This document shows positions 24,622 to 38,714 of a stretch of 64,000 nt of DNA, piece after piece. The notes under the pieces were generated by a model. It had not been told where the DNA came from. It ran no database searches and saw only the letters and a list, made by a program, of their open reading frames with translations. The stretch is from Cyanophora paradoxa CCMP329 (taxonomy: Eukaryota > Plantae > Glaucophyta), in the NCBI GenBank assembly GCA_004431415.1, contig QPMI01000430.1, positions 1-64,000 on the forward strand. Direction: 5' to 3'. Positions within the stretch are counted from its first letter, which is position 1; every line of letters starts with the position of its first letter. A program made the translations under genes and the position numbers.

Positions 24622-25394
24622 ACCGGTACCCGGCCGGGCCCGCGTGACGCGCGAAGCCAATCGCGATCGTGATTTTCCTTCGATTAATTCAACGTTAACG
24701 TACACTGCGTGCAGCCGCTGAGCGCTAGCCAATCGTGATTTTCCTTCGAAATAATGGTTCGTCCTCGCGAGATCGAGTTCCTAATGGTTTTTCTAATAAT
24801 TAATATTAATAATTGTTTTATAAAGCAGCGGCCGCGCGTCCGACGGACCGGCGACGGTCCGACGCCGGACCGACGTCGACGGTCCCGACTCCCGGGTCCG
24901 GTCTTCCGAAGTTCCCGGTTCAAGGTGGTTCCCCCCGCCGCCGGGCCGCCGGGCCCCCGGGCCCCGGCCCCGAATCCGCTCGAGGCTCGAGCTCCGAGCC
25001 TCGGCCCGAGTCGGAGGGGCCGGCTCCGCGCCGCGGCCGCGGCGGCCGCGGCGACTCGCGATCGCCGGCGAGTGCCGATCGCGACTCAATTCGCGATCGC
25101 GCGAGCTCGAGGGCCCGAGCGCGCGCGAGGGCCGAGGGCCCGAGGGCCGAGGCTCGTCCGACTCGGACGTCCGGTCGATCGACTTCCCGGCCCGTCGGGA
25201 GTCCCGGCCCCCGGGGACTCGGCGGGGAGTCCCGCGGCCGGGGCCGACCGTCGGACTCCGGGACCGGGGACGTCGAGCCTCGGAGGGAGCGGCCCGGGCC
25301 CCGGAGTCGAGGGCCTCGAGGCCGACTCGGCGAGTCGACGCCGCCGACTCGACGGTCGAGGGAGAACCGCGGACTCGGGAGGTCCGACGGTCGC

Positions 25395-27145
25395 GGGCGG
25401 CCCATATGCATGTGGCGGACTCGCGGTCGCATGATGCATATGCCGCGGTGCGCGTGGCCATGGCCATCATGGCCATGGACTCGCCGACGACGGTGGCCTT
25501 CGCGATCGGACGAGCATGCGGCCGACGGCCCGACGCCCGCGCCGTCAGCACACCTGCGCCCCCGGACCCGCGCGCGGCGCGCGGGCGGTGCGTCGGCCTT
25601 GCTCTCAGCGGCCTGCCGCGCGGACCTGGGTGCCGGCGAGGAGGAGGGGGCTGGCGGGGCCCTTCTTGACGGCGTCGCTCTCGCCCGTGAGCCCGCTCTC
25701 GTCCGCCTCGAGCCCGAAGCCCACCACCAGCGCCCCGTCCGCCGGCACCTGCCCCCAGAGTCAGGGGGAGAGGGGGGGAGTGGGGGGGGTACGGGGCGGG
25801 CCTGGTCGCCGGCCTCGAGGAGGACGAGGTCGCCCACCACCAGCTCCGACGCCTGCACCTGTACCCCGGCGTCGGGGGGGGGGCGGGGCGGCAAGGCGGG
25901 GCGGGGGGTACGGCGTGCCTCGCGGGGGGCGCCGCCGCGGACGACGCGGGCGCGGCGGTCGTTCTTCACGCGGTTCAGCGCCCGGAACTGCGCCTCCTTC
26001 CTGCGGCCGGCGCGGCTCAGCGGCTCAGAGGGGCCGTGGGGGCGCCGGGGCCGGGCCGGTGCCGGGCGGGCGCGCGTGTAGTTGTTGGCGGCGGTGACGG
26101 CCGAGACGAGGGCCACGGCGCCCAGGATCGAGACCCCGTCCACCCAGGGGGGCACCCCCTCGTGCGGCACCACGACCATCGCCGCCCCCGGCGCCTCCCG
26201 CGGGCCCCGCGCGGCCTCTGCCTGCACCTCCTCCACCCCCGGCGGCGCGCCCGGCGCCGGCGGCGGGGCCTGCGGGCGTTCGGCGGCGGGCGGCGGCAGG
26301 GGCGGGGCGGGGCGGAGGGGAAAGCCGGCGGCGCACGGGCCCTGTGTGGCGAGGGAGACGGCGATAGAGACGCCGGCGGCGGCGACGAGGATGCGCAGCG
26401 TGCCGTCCTGCAGCGCCTCCCACAGCAGCGACCCGAACGACCGGCCCGCCGCCTCCGGCACCGCGTTCGCCCCGCCCCTGCCCCCGCGTCGGCCGCCCGA
26501 CGGCCCGCGGCGGCAGAGAGTGCGTTCGGAGAGCTTCTGCGCACCGCGCGCGGCGCTCGGCGATGGCGGCGGGGTCGTCGGGGAGGCCGTCCACCGCGTC
26601 GCTCCCGAGCCGCCGCGCCAGCTCCTCCGGCGGCTCCGGCGCAGCCTGCGGGGCGCCCGCCGGCGCCGACGGGGCCGGCCGCGGACCCGCCGGCCGCTCG
26701 GGCGCCGCATCCGCGACGGCCTGCGCATACGATTCGAACGCGGCCGGTTCGGAGGGCGCGTCGGCGATCGGGCCGCGGGGGCGCGCGCGGCCGTGCAGCA
26801 GCACTCACGTGCTCCGAGGACACCACAAAGCGCATCGGGAACCTTCGTCTGCTGTCCTCGCTCGCGTGCAGGCGTTGCGCGCCGGCGCCGAGGCCGAAGG
26901 AGGAACCGAGCTGGAACTGCCACCTAGGCAGGACGCGGGCGTACGTGCACTTTGCTCTCGCCCTGGCGCACTGCGAACGGGGCCGGGGGGGTCAGGGACG
27001 TGCCTCCCAGCGGAGATGACGCGCGTGCGGGCTGAGGGGAGACGGGTTACAGGGGGCGCACCGAGCTTGCGCTGCTGCAATGCGCTCCCCCTGATCGCTC
27101 TGCGGCGGCCGAGGGGGCCGCCAGCGCTAGCGGAGCCAGGAACAT
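25395..27145 (-). pseudogene. 3'-truncated duplicate of the Ca2+-ATPase (N-terminal part to the A-domain)
   Basis: Near copy of 14870-16517 that degenerates below ~25550; no P-domain. Confidence 0.85.
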
Positions 27146-27204
27146 CGGAATGACGAGTACCCCCGTCAAAGTACGACCCCCCATCTCGAACTGGTTGTGC
27201 GTGA

Positions 27205-29640
27205 ATGTTGATGGCGCAAAGCGGTGCTTCCGAGCGCGTATCGCGTTCTTGCGGTAGCGCGCACTTTCGCTGCTCCGCCCAGCGCAGACGCCCAGACCCG
27301 CCCCAGCTCAACAGGCGCCGCCGCTGCAGCGGTCCCTGCGGGCCCGCTGTGCGTCACCGGCAGCAGCGATGCGGCGATCGACGCCACCTGGCCTGCCGGG
27401 CCCGCGCTCCGACAACGTGCGCGTCGACGAGTACTAGTTCGAGGAGCTGGAACCGGACTTTGACAGCGCTTACGACGTCCTCCACCGCTCTCGCGACGGC
27501 GTGCCCGAGCGCTATGAGGCGGAGGAGGTCAAGTCTCCTGCGGCTGCGTGGAACAGATGGCACGCGGACCGGGCCCGCGGCCCCCGCATGCCCGCTCAGG
27601 TGCGGCGGCTCGCTCGCCTGCGCATCGTCCTCACAACATTAAGCGGGCTCTGCGTCGCGCTAATTGAGCTCTGGCGTGGCCCACAGCAGCGGCAGCAGCA
27701 GACAATTCGCGTGACGGTCTCGCCGCCGATGGCCGCCCCGCCACCGCTCGGCTCCGCGGTCATGGTGCGCACGCGCGCTTCGACAGCTTCGACGACTCAC
27801 TCTTCTCCTCCGCTCGGCGCCGCGGCCTCGCCGCTGCCGCTGCCGCCAACCAGAGGCGGTTCGCTGACCGCTCGGGCCGGGGCGGCAGGTGCGGGTCGTG
27901 CGGGTCGCGGAGCACGCGGCGGCCGCGCGGGTCGCGGAGCACGCGGCGGCCGCGCGGAGCGGCCTGCGCCCGTCGTACGCCAGTGTGCCCGCCTTCCCCT
28001 CGGAGGCCCTCCCCGCGTTCCTCGCCCGGTCCGCCCCGCGCCCCGCCGACCCCCCGCCGCCGGCCGTCGCTGACGGGCGCGACCGCGAGCGCGCAGGGTG
28101 GCCGAGCGGTTCGGGGTGCGGCCGGCGCCCCCGGCGCTGGGTCGGCTCTTCGTGGAGGCCGCCGGGGGCGCGGCGGAGATCGCCGAGACCGCCGCCCGGG
28201 CGCCGTGCGCGCCGCCGCCCCGGGCGCCGCCTGCCCCCGGCCCCGAGCCCGCGTGACCGCCCGGGCCCCCGCGCAGGTCGGATCCGACCCGGTCATCTAC
28301 GCGGCCCCGGGGGACCCGCTGCCCGGCCCCGCCGGCCAGCCCCGCCGCGCCCGCCTCCGCCCCTCGGGCCCCGCCCGCGGCCGCGCCCCAGCGGGCCGGG
28401 CTCCGGCTCCGGCAGCTCGGGCTCGTCGGCCCTGAGCGGGTCGGCGTCAACGGCCTCGGGCCCGGGCGCCCCCTCCGGCGCCTCCGCATCGAGCCTCGAG
28501 GGGGACACCCGTGCGCCCGTCTCTGACGGCCGCCCCGCCGCCGCCCCCGCGCCCCGCCGACGCCCGGCCCGCAGACCACAGCCGGGAGATGTCGGGCCGG
28601 CTGCTGTCGGGGCCGGCGCCGCTGCTGAGCCCCGCCGTGCTCCCCGCGCCCACCGCGCGCCGCGTCCGCCTCTCGCCGCCGGCCGCCTCCGCGCCCGGCG
28701 CGCTGCCGCCCTCCTCCGCGCGCCTGACGTACGCGCTGCCCTCGTCGCACGTGCTCCCGCCGCCCCTGCTGCTGCCCGCCGCGCCCGAGGCCGCCGCCGG
28801 CGACGCGCTGGCGCTCGCCTCGCCGGCGCCGTCGGCGCTCTCGGCGGGTCGTACCCGGCGACGCCGGGAGCGCGCTGAGCCGGCGGACAGTCCACGAGGA
28901 GGCCGCCTTCCTCCACCGCCTCTACGGCGGCCGGCCCCGCGACGTCCGCCCGCCCGCCCCTCTTCTCGCGCGCCTCTGTCTGACGCCCGCCGGCCCCCGC
29001 GCAGCTACGGAGCGGCGGGTCGCCGCCGGGGAGCCCCGGGGGCGGCGGGGCGTGGGCGGCGAGCCTGGACGGCTCGGCGTACGGCTCGCTGCCCTCGCTG
29101 CGCGGCCTCAAGTCCCGCCACCGCGCCTCCGAGATGGCCTCCTCCGACGTCTACTGGGTTCCCCCCCCTCCCCTCCGCCTTCCTCCCCGCCTCCGCCGCC
29201 GCCGCTCACGCCGCCCCCGCGCCCCCGTGCCGCAGAACGAGAGCAGCAACATGCGGAGCCGGCTGCGGCCCTACGTCTGGTTCCGCATCGCCTGTGCGCG
29301 CCTCCCGCGGCAGCCTCGCGCGCCGGGGTCCGAGCGGGGGCGCGCAGGCGTGCTGCAGGCGGCGGCGGGCGTGTACTACTTCTACTGGCGCTTCAGCGCG
29401 ACGGTGCCGGGGCGCGGCCTCGCCACGACGACCTCGTCGAACCTGGCCGTGTGGACCCTGTTCATGGCTTTCGACCTGTGGACCTTCCTTACCTGCAACC
29501 TTTTCCTCCTCAACCTCTGGAAGCGCAACGAGCGCGACACGCGGCCCCTCGACGACTGTGCATGCAAGCCCGGTGCCCCCGCCCCTCCCCTCCTCCCCTC
29601 CCGCTCGTCTGACCCTGCCCCGCCCGCCAGCCTTCCCCCG
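27205..29640 (+). CDS. Host gene; distal exons resemble the N-terminal membrane region of cellulose-synthase-like GT2 proteins; appears truncated
   Basis: YYFYWRFSATVP..WTLFMAFDLW..LFLLNLWKRNER; no GT2 catalytic motifs follow. Confidence 0.35.
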
Positions 29641-30549
29641 GGAGTAACTCGGTACCTTAGCTGCCTCTACCCCGCTTTTGTACTTTCGAGGTCCTTTCGA
29701 GTTTTTTCATGGTACTTGAGGAGGTTTACGGGTGGAAATTTCTGCCGGTTCCTAATTATAAATCGCTGTGGGCTGGGGAGTCAGTGGGGACGGGCGCGTT
29801 CCGGTACGCTTCGGGGTACCGGTACGTATACGCTACGGTCGCCCCTGGGCGATCGGCCAAGCTCGAGGCTCGCGTGCCGAGTCAGCAAGCTCGTATACGT
29901 ACGTGGGTCGGGGGAGAGCTCGGCAAGGAGGAGCTCGAGCTCAGCGCGGCCGCCGGCTGATCATGACCGGCCGGGGCCCTGCAACCCCGGACCCTAGGCC
30001 TGAGCCAGTTGGCGAGCTAGCGTGCGAGATTCGCGTGCGATGATCAGCGACTCGCTTGTGAGTCCGCAGGCAGAGGGGGAGGGGGGGGGGAGGGGGGGGG
30101 AGGGGGAGGGGGAGGAGCATGGCAGAGGAGCTCAGAGCCGCCGCCGGGCACTGGAGCTCGAGCTCGAGGCAAGCCTCGGGCAGCGCACGGATTCGGCGAA
30201 GCTTAAGCTCGAGGGTTGACCCGCGAGAGGGTGCCACGAGAGAGTGAAGCGGGCCCGGGATCCGGAGGAAGAGGGAGGATCCGGAGGAAGTTCTACATCG
30301 ACAGCCAGTGCAGTGCTATGAATCTGGAACGCCGAACACGCGATTGGCGCCCGCGTGCCGGCGCCGGGCAGCTACAGGCAGTGGAAAGGCGCTGACTCGC
30401 GATATCGATCGTCTGCCAACCTTTCTTCGAATTTCTCAACGCTAAACATGTACACAGTACTATCATAGAGACTGGCCGGTAATTCACGAATACAACATTC
30501 AATTCTACAGCTATTAGCAGCTAAAAGAAACACGAAAGCGAAAGAGAAA

Positions 30550-33844
<3,295 letters not shown>

Positions 33845-34164
33845 GGCGTTGCCAAGTACTAGTTGTGTATCAACCGTATCAACTTGTGATCGGCGCGGCC
33901 GGCGCCCTTCGTTCAATCTGGATACGCGGCTCGGCGGACGCTTTCAAGTTTGCAACTGCGCTCAGCAGCTTTCCCGGCCGCGGCCGCGGGCTACTAGGCT
34001 ATCCTAGTAACTCAGTGACCGACTAACAACTGAGTAGGCTATTCCTACTAGAGTGACACTGAGTTTTTATCTGTAGATGTAGAAACGTTCGTCGAGACTT
34101 AATTTCGACAAAACCGGTACCCGAAAATCGTGACGAAAATATGGTTCGACAGCATCATAATTTC

Positions 34165-34241
34165 GTCAGCCCCGCGACTCCGCCATAGACGAGTCAGCCC
34201 CGCGACTCCGCCATAGACGGGTCAGCCCCGCGACTCCGCCA
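34165..34241. repeat. Three tandem copies of a ~28-bp unit GTCAGCCCCGCGACTCCGCCATAGACG
   Basis: Seen directly. Confidence 0.85.
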
Positions 34242-34612
34242 GAGATCTAGACGGGTCCGACTCGTCCGAGTCACCGACGCACCGTGGTCCGTACGCGTGG
34301 TCCCGGAGTCCGTGGACCGTGACCGTGGCCCTGACTGTGACTGAATCAGTCAACCCGAGGTTCAGTCAGGCTACCGTGCAAAAGCCGGGGAAAATGACCA
34401 GGAAATGGCAGGAATTGACCCAAGCGCGATCTATCTACTTCATTCAAGTTGCCAAGCATCAGGCAAGGCACGTTATGCGAGCAGAGAGGACGAGAAAAGG
34501 AGATTCGGCCCCCGCCTAGCGCAAGTCAGACTCCATTAGCCTCTTTCCATGCACATGGGCGCGCGGTTTCTTGAAGATTTCGACGACAGAAGATCATTTT
34601 TTGGTCGACCCA

Positions 34613-34697
34613 ACACATAAAGAAATACAAATTTAAATCCCTCCGCTTCGCGCTTCGCGCTTCGCTCCTGGATTTAAATTTGTATTTCTTTATGTGT
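34613..34697. other. Terminal 85-nt palindrome (28-bp stem, 29-nt loop with 3x GCTTCGC)
   Basis: ACACATAAAGAAATACAAATTTAAATCC (34613-34640) pairs perfectly with 34670-34697. Confidence 0.95.
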
Positions 34698-34885
34698 AAA
34701 TTAATCGAAAATATTTAAAAAATAAATCAAAATGTTTAATAAAATCAATTAAATTTAAATAAATTCGATTAAATTAATTGGTATAATATCAATTAAATTA
34801 TGATTTTATGAAATTTATATAAATTTTTGATAAATTACGTATTTCTCAATTGATTCAATGATATAAACGCGATATAACACAGAGT

Positions 34886-35300
34886 TGCATTATGTCCAAT
34901 TAAACAATCGATGAGATTGCGGCATATTTTGTTGGAAGAGATGGTTACTGCATTATGTCCAATTAAACAATCGATGAAATATCGGATGAAAATAATTCAC
35001 TCGTTACTGCATTATGTCCAATTAAACAATCGTTGAGATTGCGGCGTATTTTGTTGGAAGAGATGGTTACTGCATCAGGTCCAATTAAACAATCGATGAG
35101 ATTCGGGTAAGCTTTTTACTGTATCGAAAATGACCCCAGAGTTGCATTATGTCCAATTAAACAATTGATAAGATTGGATTCTGTTTTTTACTGTAAAAAC
35201 ATTGTATCTTAGGTGTATCAATCTCAATTGAATTAATCGATGTAATTTTGTTGGAAGAGATGGTTACAGCATTATGTCCAATTAAACAATCGATGAGATT
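34886..35300. repeat. Six copies of a 33-bp motif TGCATTATGTCCAATTAAACAATCGATGAGATT within the TIR
   Basis: Copies start at 34886, 34949, 35008, 35071, 35143 and 35268; mirrored in the right TIR. Confidence 0.9.
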
Positions 35301-35599
35301 TCGCTGAGATGAAAACGGTTAGGCACTTTTTTATCGTGATCGGCGGATATCATTTAGATATAAAACGGGCTACTGAAATGGAGCGGGTTAATCGAAGTAG
35401 GCACTTTTTTTAATCGCGGTAGGCAGCGTAGGCGCGTTAGGCACTTCCTTATCGAGAATTAAAAAGAAGTCCCAAATACATCAACTTGTGTTTTTCAAAA
35501 CGTTGATTTTATTTTTTATAGAGAGTTTCCAGAAAAGGTGCCTAAGTGCCTAACGTCAATTAAAAGTGCCTAACTTCAATTAAAAGTGCCTAACTTCAA

Positions 35600-36004
35600 T
35601 TAAAAGATCCCTGAAAAGATCTCTGTTATTCTCTCATCTATGTTAACCAACCCTGAAAAGATCTCTGTTATTCTCTCATCTATCAATTTAGATATTACGG
35701 AGGTCTTACTTTGCGCTTCGGTTCCGCAAGTGAATACATCAATCGCTAACATTCCTTGATCAGAGTAGCAATGAGCGGTGCAATGGCTCTCATCGAGAAG
35801 TAATACCATCGCAAAACCCGGTGGCGAAACACCACCATCGAAAATCTCGCAATGCTTGTGAACAACTCGGATACCTTGTTCTTGAATAATAGTTTGTAAA
35901 AATTGCATTAACCATGTTGTTGTGGTTTCCAAGTTCTCCAATCCCACCATCAATGGATGATTGAACTTGTAATCTAACATTACATGGGAACCGCGATGAT
36001 TCAT
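35600..36004 (-). CDS. speD: S-adenosylmethionine decarboxylase proenzyme (class 1, prokaryotic/viral type); C-terminus rearranged
   Basis: PPGF..VLLLDESHCTAHCY..G.LAIDVFTCG, containing the E|S self-cleavage site. Confidence 0.88.
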   Translation of the reverse strand: MNHRGSHVMLDYKFNHPLMVGLENLETTTTWLMQFLQTIIQEQGIRVVHKHCEIFDGGVSPPGFAMVLLLDESHCTAHCYSDQGMLAIDVFTCGTEAQSKTSVISKLIDERITEIFSGLVNIDERITEIFSGIF

Positions 36005-36224
36005 TTATGAATTATATAGAAAAATAAAAAACGAAATTGGTAGGATGCGAACCATCTTAGCGAAAGTATTTCCGTTTGAGTTGGTCGATATCATAATGCT
36101 CCATTATCATAAGACATGTCCGAATTGCTTCGATACTTGCATTATTACAAGAAACAAGACTGGTAAAGTCTTAATTTCTTTATCCCGTCTCCATATGTAA
36201 TTTGTTTTTCTTTATCTATGGTAA

Positions 36225-37040
36225 ATGAAGACTCACTTTTACCATAAGTATGTCGGTAATAAATACAATGAAATGGATACAATCAATCCTTTTATCGATT
36301 TAGAAGGCATAAATAAAATAATAGAACCATTTTGTGGTTCAGGTGCATTTAGTTTCTATCTTTGGGAAAAGCATAAAGAACGTTTTGATTACTTTATGAA
36401 TGATAACGACGAAACACATATACTTTTTTTGAATACAATGAAAGACCCTAACAGTAAAGTAAAACTTTTAGATAGTCTTCAACAGTTCGAAGCAGTAAGC
36501 AATATAGAAGAGCATAAAGAAGTTTATAAGAGTTTTCTACAACATGATCGTAAAGATGTAATGGATTACTTAGCCCATCATTTCTATCTTCTTAAAAACA
36601 GCGTTTTAAATGTTAAAACCCTCCGTGATTTCAAAAAACGGAACGTGAAGTTGAGTGCATATACAACTCTTAAAAAGAAGATACCTTACGATGATTTCCT
36701 ACAAGATGTTAACTTATCTCTTGGGGATTATCTGGATATTGTGTTGAAATACAAAGATGATGAGGATGCATTCATATTTCTTGATCCTCCATACGTTAAT
36801 AGCAATAATGACTTTTACGAAAATGTAGAATCCGATTTGGAAAAATTCTTTTTGGATTTAGAAGATCTATTGAAGACCGCGAAATGCAAAGTTATGATGG
36901 TTGTTAATGATGCTTTATTAATGAAATTGCTATTTAAACCCTTTATTCGACATACATATGGTAAAGTGTATGGTATATCAAAAAAGAAAAGGAAACATCT
37001 CATTATGACTAACTACGAAATCAATCAAAATACAACATAA
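36225..37040 (+). CDS. DNA adenine methyltransferase (Dam/D12-like)
   Basis: YVGNK, EPFCGSG (motif I) and FLDPPY (motif IV). Confidence 0.88.
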   Translation: MKTHFYHKYVGNKYNEMDTINPFIDLEGINKIIEPFCGSGAFSFYLWEKHKERFDYFMNDNDETHILFLNTMKDPNSKVKLLDSLQQFEAVSNIEEHKEVYKSFLQHDRKDVMDYLAHHFYLLKNSVLNVKTLRDFKKRNVKLSAYTTLKKKIPYDDFLQDVNLSLGDYLDIVLKYKDDEDAFIFLDPPYVNSNNDFYENVESDLEKFFLDLEDLLKTAKCKVMMVVNDALLMKLLFKPFIRHTYGKVYGISKKKRKHLIMTNYEINQNTT

Positions 37041-37293
37041 TTGGCTTCTCTTCTATTACTATTCCCCATGTAGTTTTTTTTCTGTATGCATGTGAGTGTT
37101 TCTTAGAACACTGTCGGCAACCTGACCCCTTAATGTGATTAAATCCGTAGGTTTGGAACGTCTTATTACATTGTAAACATCTAACGGATACCTTCTCTTG
37201 TGCTTTCTTATAGACAGTCTCACTGTAATCGAATTTAGCATCACCATGAATCATAATCGCAGATTCAATAAATCTTTTAGTTTTTTCATCCAT
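37021..37293 (-). CDS. Small Zn-ribbon protein (DNA-binding module of homing-type nucleases)
   Basis: FI..A..IHG..FDYS...Y....KV.V.C..C..F....NH..GSGC..C. Confidence 0.65.
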   Translation of the reverse strand: MDEKTKRFIESAIMIHGDAKFDYSETVYKKAQEKVSVRCLQCNKTFQTYGFNHIKGSGCRQCSKKHSHAYRKKTTWGIVIEEKPIMLYFD

Positions 37294-37316
37294 TCCTCTA
37301 TATATACCTTAGAAAT

Positions 37317-38147
37317 CTATGGTGCAGTATCTGACCCAAAAATGGGAAAATATCGGTTTGTGCCGTAATACTCCGCATATGTATTCTGTTTTGCGATAGC
37401 ATCGGTTCTTTCAGCATAGAGAATGCATTTGTAGATACCAAACCTGGTAGCTCTGACTAAAAACTGGTAATCTTCTAATCCAAAATTCACACCATGATAT
37501 GCAATACCGAAATTATCGTAAGGAGTGATAACCACCGCAATATTGGGCGTTCCGCCTTCCACTTGACAGACAGCATAAACATCTGGTGGGATATCGACAA
37601 CCACCTTGTAGTGGTCACCAATCTCAACAAGAGAATCAACTACTGATGTCTGCTCATTCACAACAATTGGGAAGATCTTGATAATATATGGTGCATTCAT
37701 ACTGGGGACATAGGTGCGAATTCTGGTGTTGGGATCAATGGGATTGGGTTGATCATTTACGAAAAGAGGCGCACCAACAGCTCCACCAATCCGAAGACCA
37801 TCACCAATATATGCTCCCCCCGTTTTGCAGTTAATAGCTCCCGACCGAGATTCAAAAGAATAAGTAGAAAGAGGATCACCATAACTGTCTGGGTCTCCAT
37901 AGTGGGCAGAAAAGTTTGCATTTGTGACAAGGAGTTTCGTTGTCTTAACTATACCATTATTTTTATCACACCTGAGTTCTTGCAATCTCAGTTTGTGGGT
38001 GGAACCAAATGTATTCATTGTGGGTTGCACTTCTGTGGATTGGAGACCTTCTACATCATCAAAGGTAGCATGCTGCAAAACGTGATTCGCAGGTGCTGCT
38101 AATGAGAGTTGGGGTGTAATAATTCGTTCTGGTATTGGGGCAGCCAT
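37317..38147 (-). CDS. Putative virion fibre protein (anchor-domain family)
   Basis: LRLQELRCDKNNGIVKTTKLLVTNANF; paralogue of 38715-39569. Confidence 0.6.
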   Translation of the reverse strand: MAAPIPERIITPQLSLAAPANHVLQHATFDDVEGLQSTEVQPTMNTFGSTHKLRLQELRCDKNNGIVKTTKLLVTNANFSAHYGDPDSYGDPLSTYSFESRSGAINCKTGGAYIGDGLRIGGAVGAPLFVNDQPNPIDPNTRIRTYVPSMNAPYIIKIFPIVVNEQTSVVDSLVEIGDHYKVVVDIPPDVYAVCQVEGGTPNIAVVITPYDNFGIAYHGVNFGLEDYQFLVRATRFGIYKCILYAERTDAIAKQNTYAEYYGTNRYFPIFGSDTAP

Positions 38148-38170
38148 TTTACATTAAAGTGATATATAAT

Positions 38171-38665
38171 TTATGGGGTTGGGTTATCAATCACATTCAA
38201 ATATGCAAACTCTCCTTTAATTTCGATTGCCCGGGCATTGTATGCTCTTGCAGCGTCTTCTTCTTTTTCAAAGTAGCCAATTATAATTTGTTTATAGTTG
38301 TGTCTGATTTTTGCAAGCCATTTCTTCATTCCTTTACTCCAAGAGACACCTTTGTATTTACTGGTGGATTCTTTTGTAGTTTTGGGTTTGTTCATCTGAT
38401 TCTGTGCATGTGTGCATCTCCGAAGATTGGTTTTTCTATTGTCCAACTTGTCGTGATTGATATGATCAATCTGAATCTTAGGGTCAATTTCAGACATTGC
38501 ATATCTGTGCGCCCTGGTGAGTGTTTGACCAATTCTGCAATTTACATAACCTCTCGTATCAATTGACCAAGTATACCTCTCAAACCGTTCTTTATCTTCA
38601 TAATCAATTTTCATAAACTTCCCATGACCTTTTTTTCCTGAGAGAGCGATTAAAGCATAATCCAT
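38171..38665 (-). CDS. HNH endonuclease with AP2 domain
   Basis: AHR..IDHINHDKLDNRKTNLR..HAQNQMN; SKYKGVSW..KWLAKI..GYF..EEDAARAYN. Confidence 0.92.
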   Translation of the reverse strand: MDYALIALSGKKGHGKFMKIDYEDKERFERYTWSIDTRGYVNCRIGQTLTRAHRYAMSEIDPKIQIDHINHDKLDNRKTNLRRCTHAQNQMNKPKTTKESTSKYKGVSWSKGMKKWLAKIRHNYKQIIIGYFEKEEDAARAYNARAIEIKGEFAYLNVIDNPTP

Positions 38666-38714
38666 GATGGTGAATTCTTATACGTTTTACCAAGCTATTT
38701 TTTATATCATTTTT

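Larger units (their letters stand above)
34613..35605. repeat. Left terminal inverted repeat
   Basis: Reverse complement of 62626-63780, except that it lacks the 165 bp at 63355-63519. An additional match links 35647-35712 with 62408-62473. Confidence 0.95.

Noticed and set aside
11639-29650. Many long overlapping Arg/Pro/Gly-rich ORFs
   Set aside because: Artefacts of very high GC and intron read-through; explained by the spliced host genes.
34886-35300. CRISPR array
   Set aside because: Spacers are reused and uneven, there are no cas genes, and the array lies inside a viral TIR.
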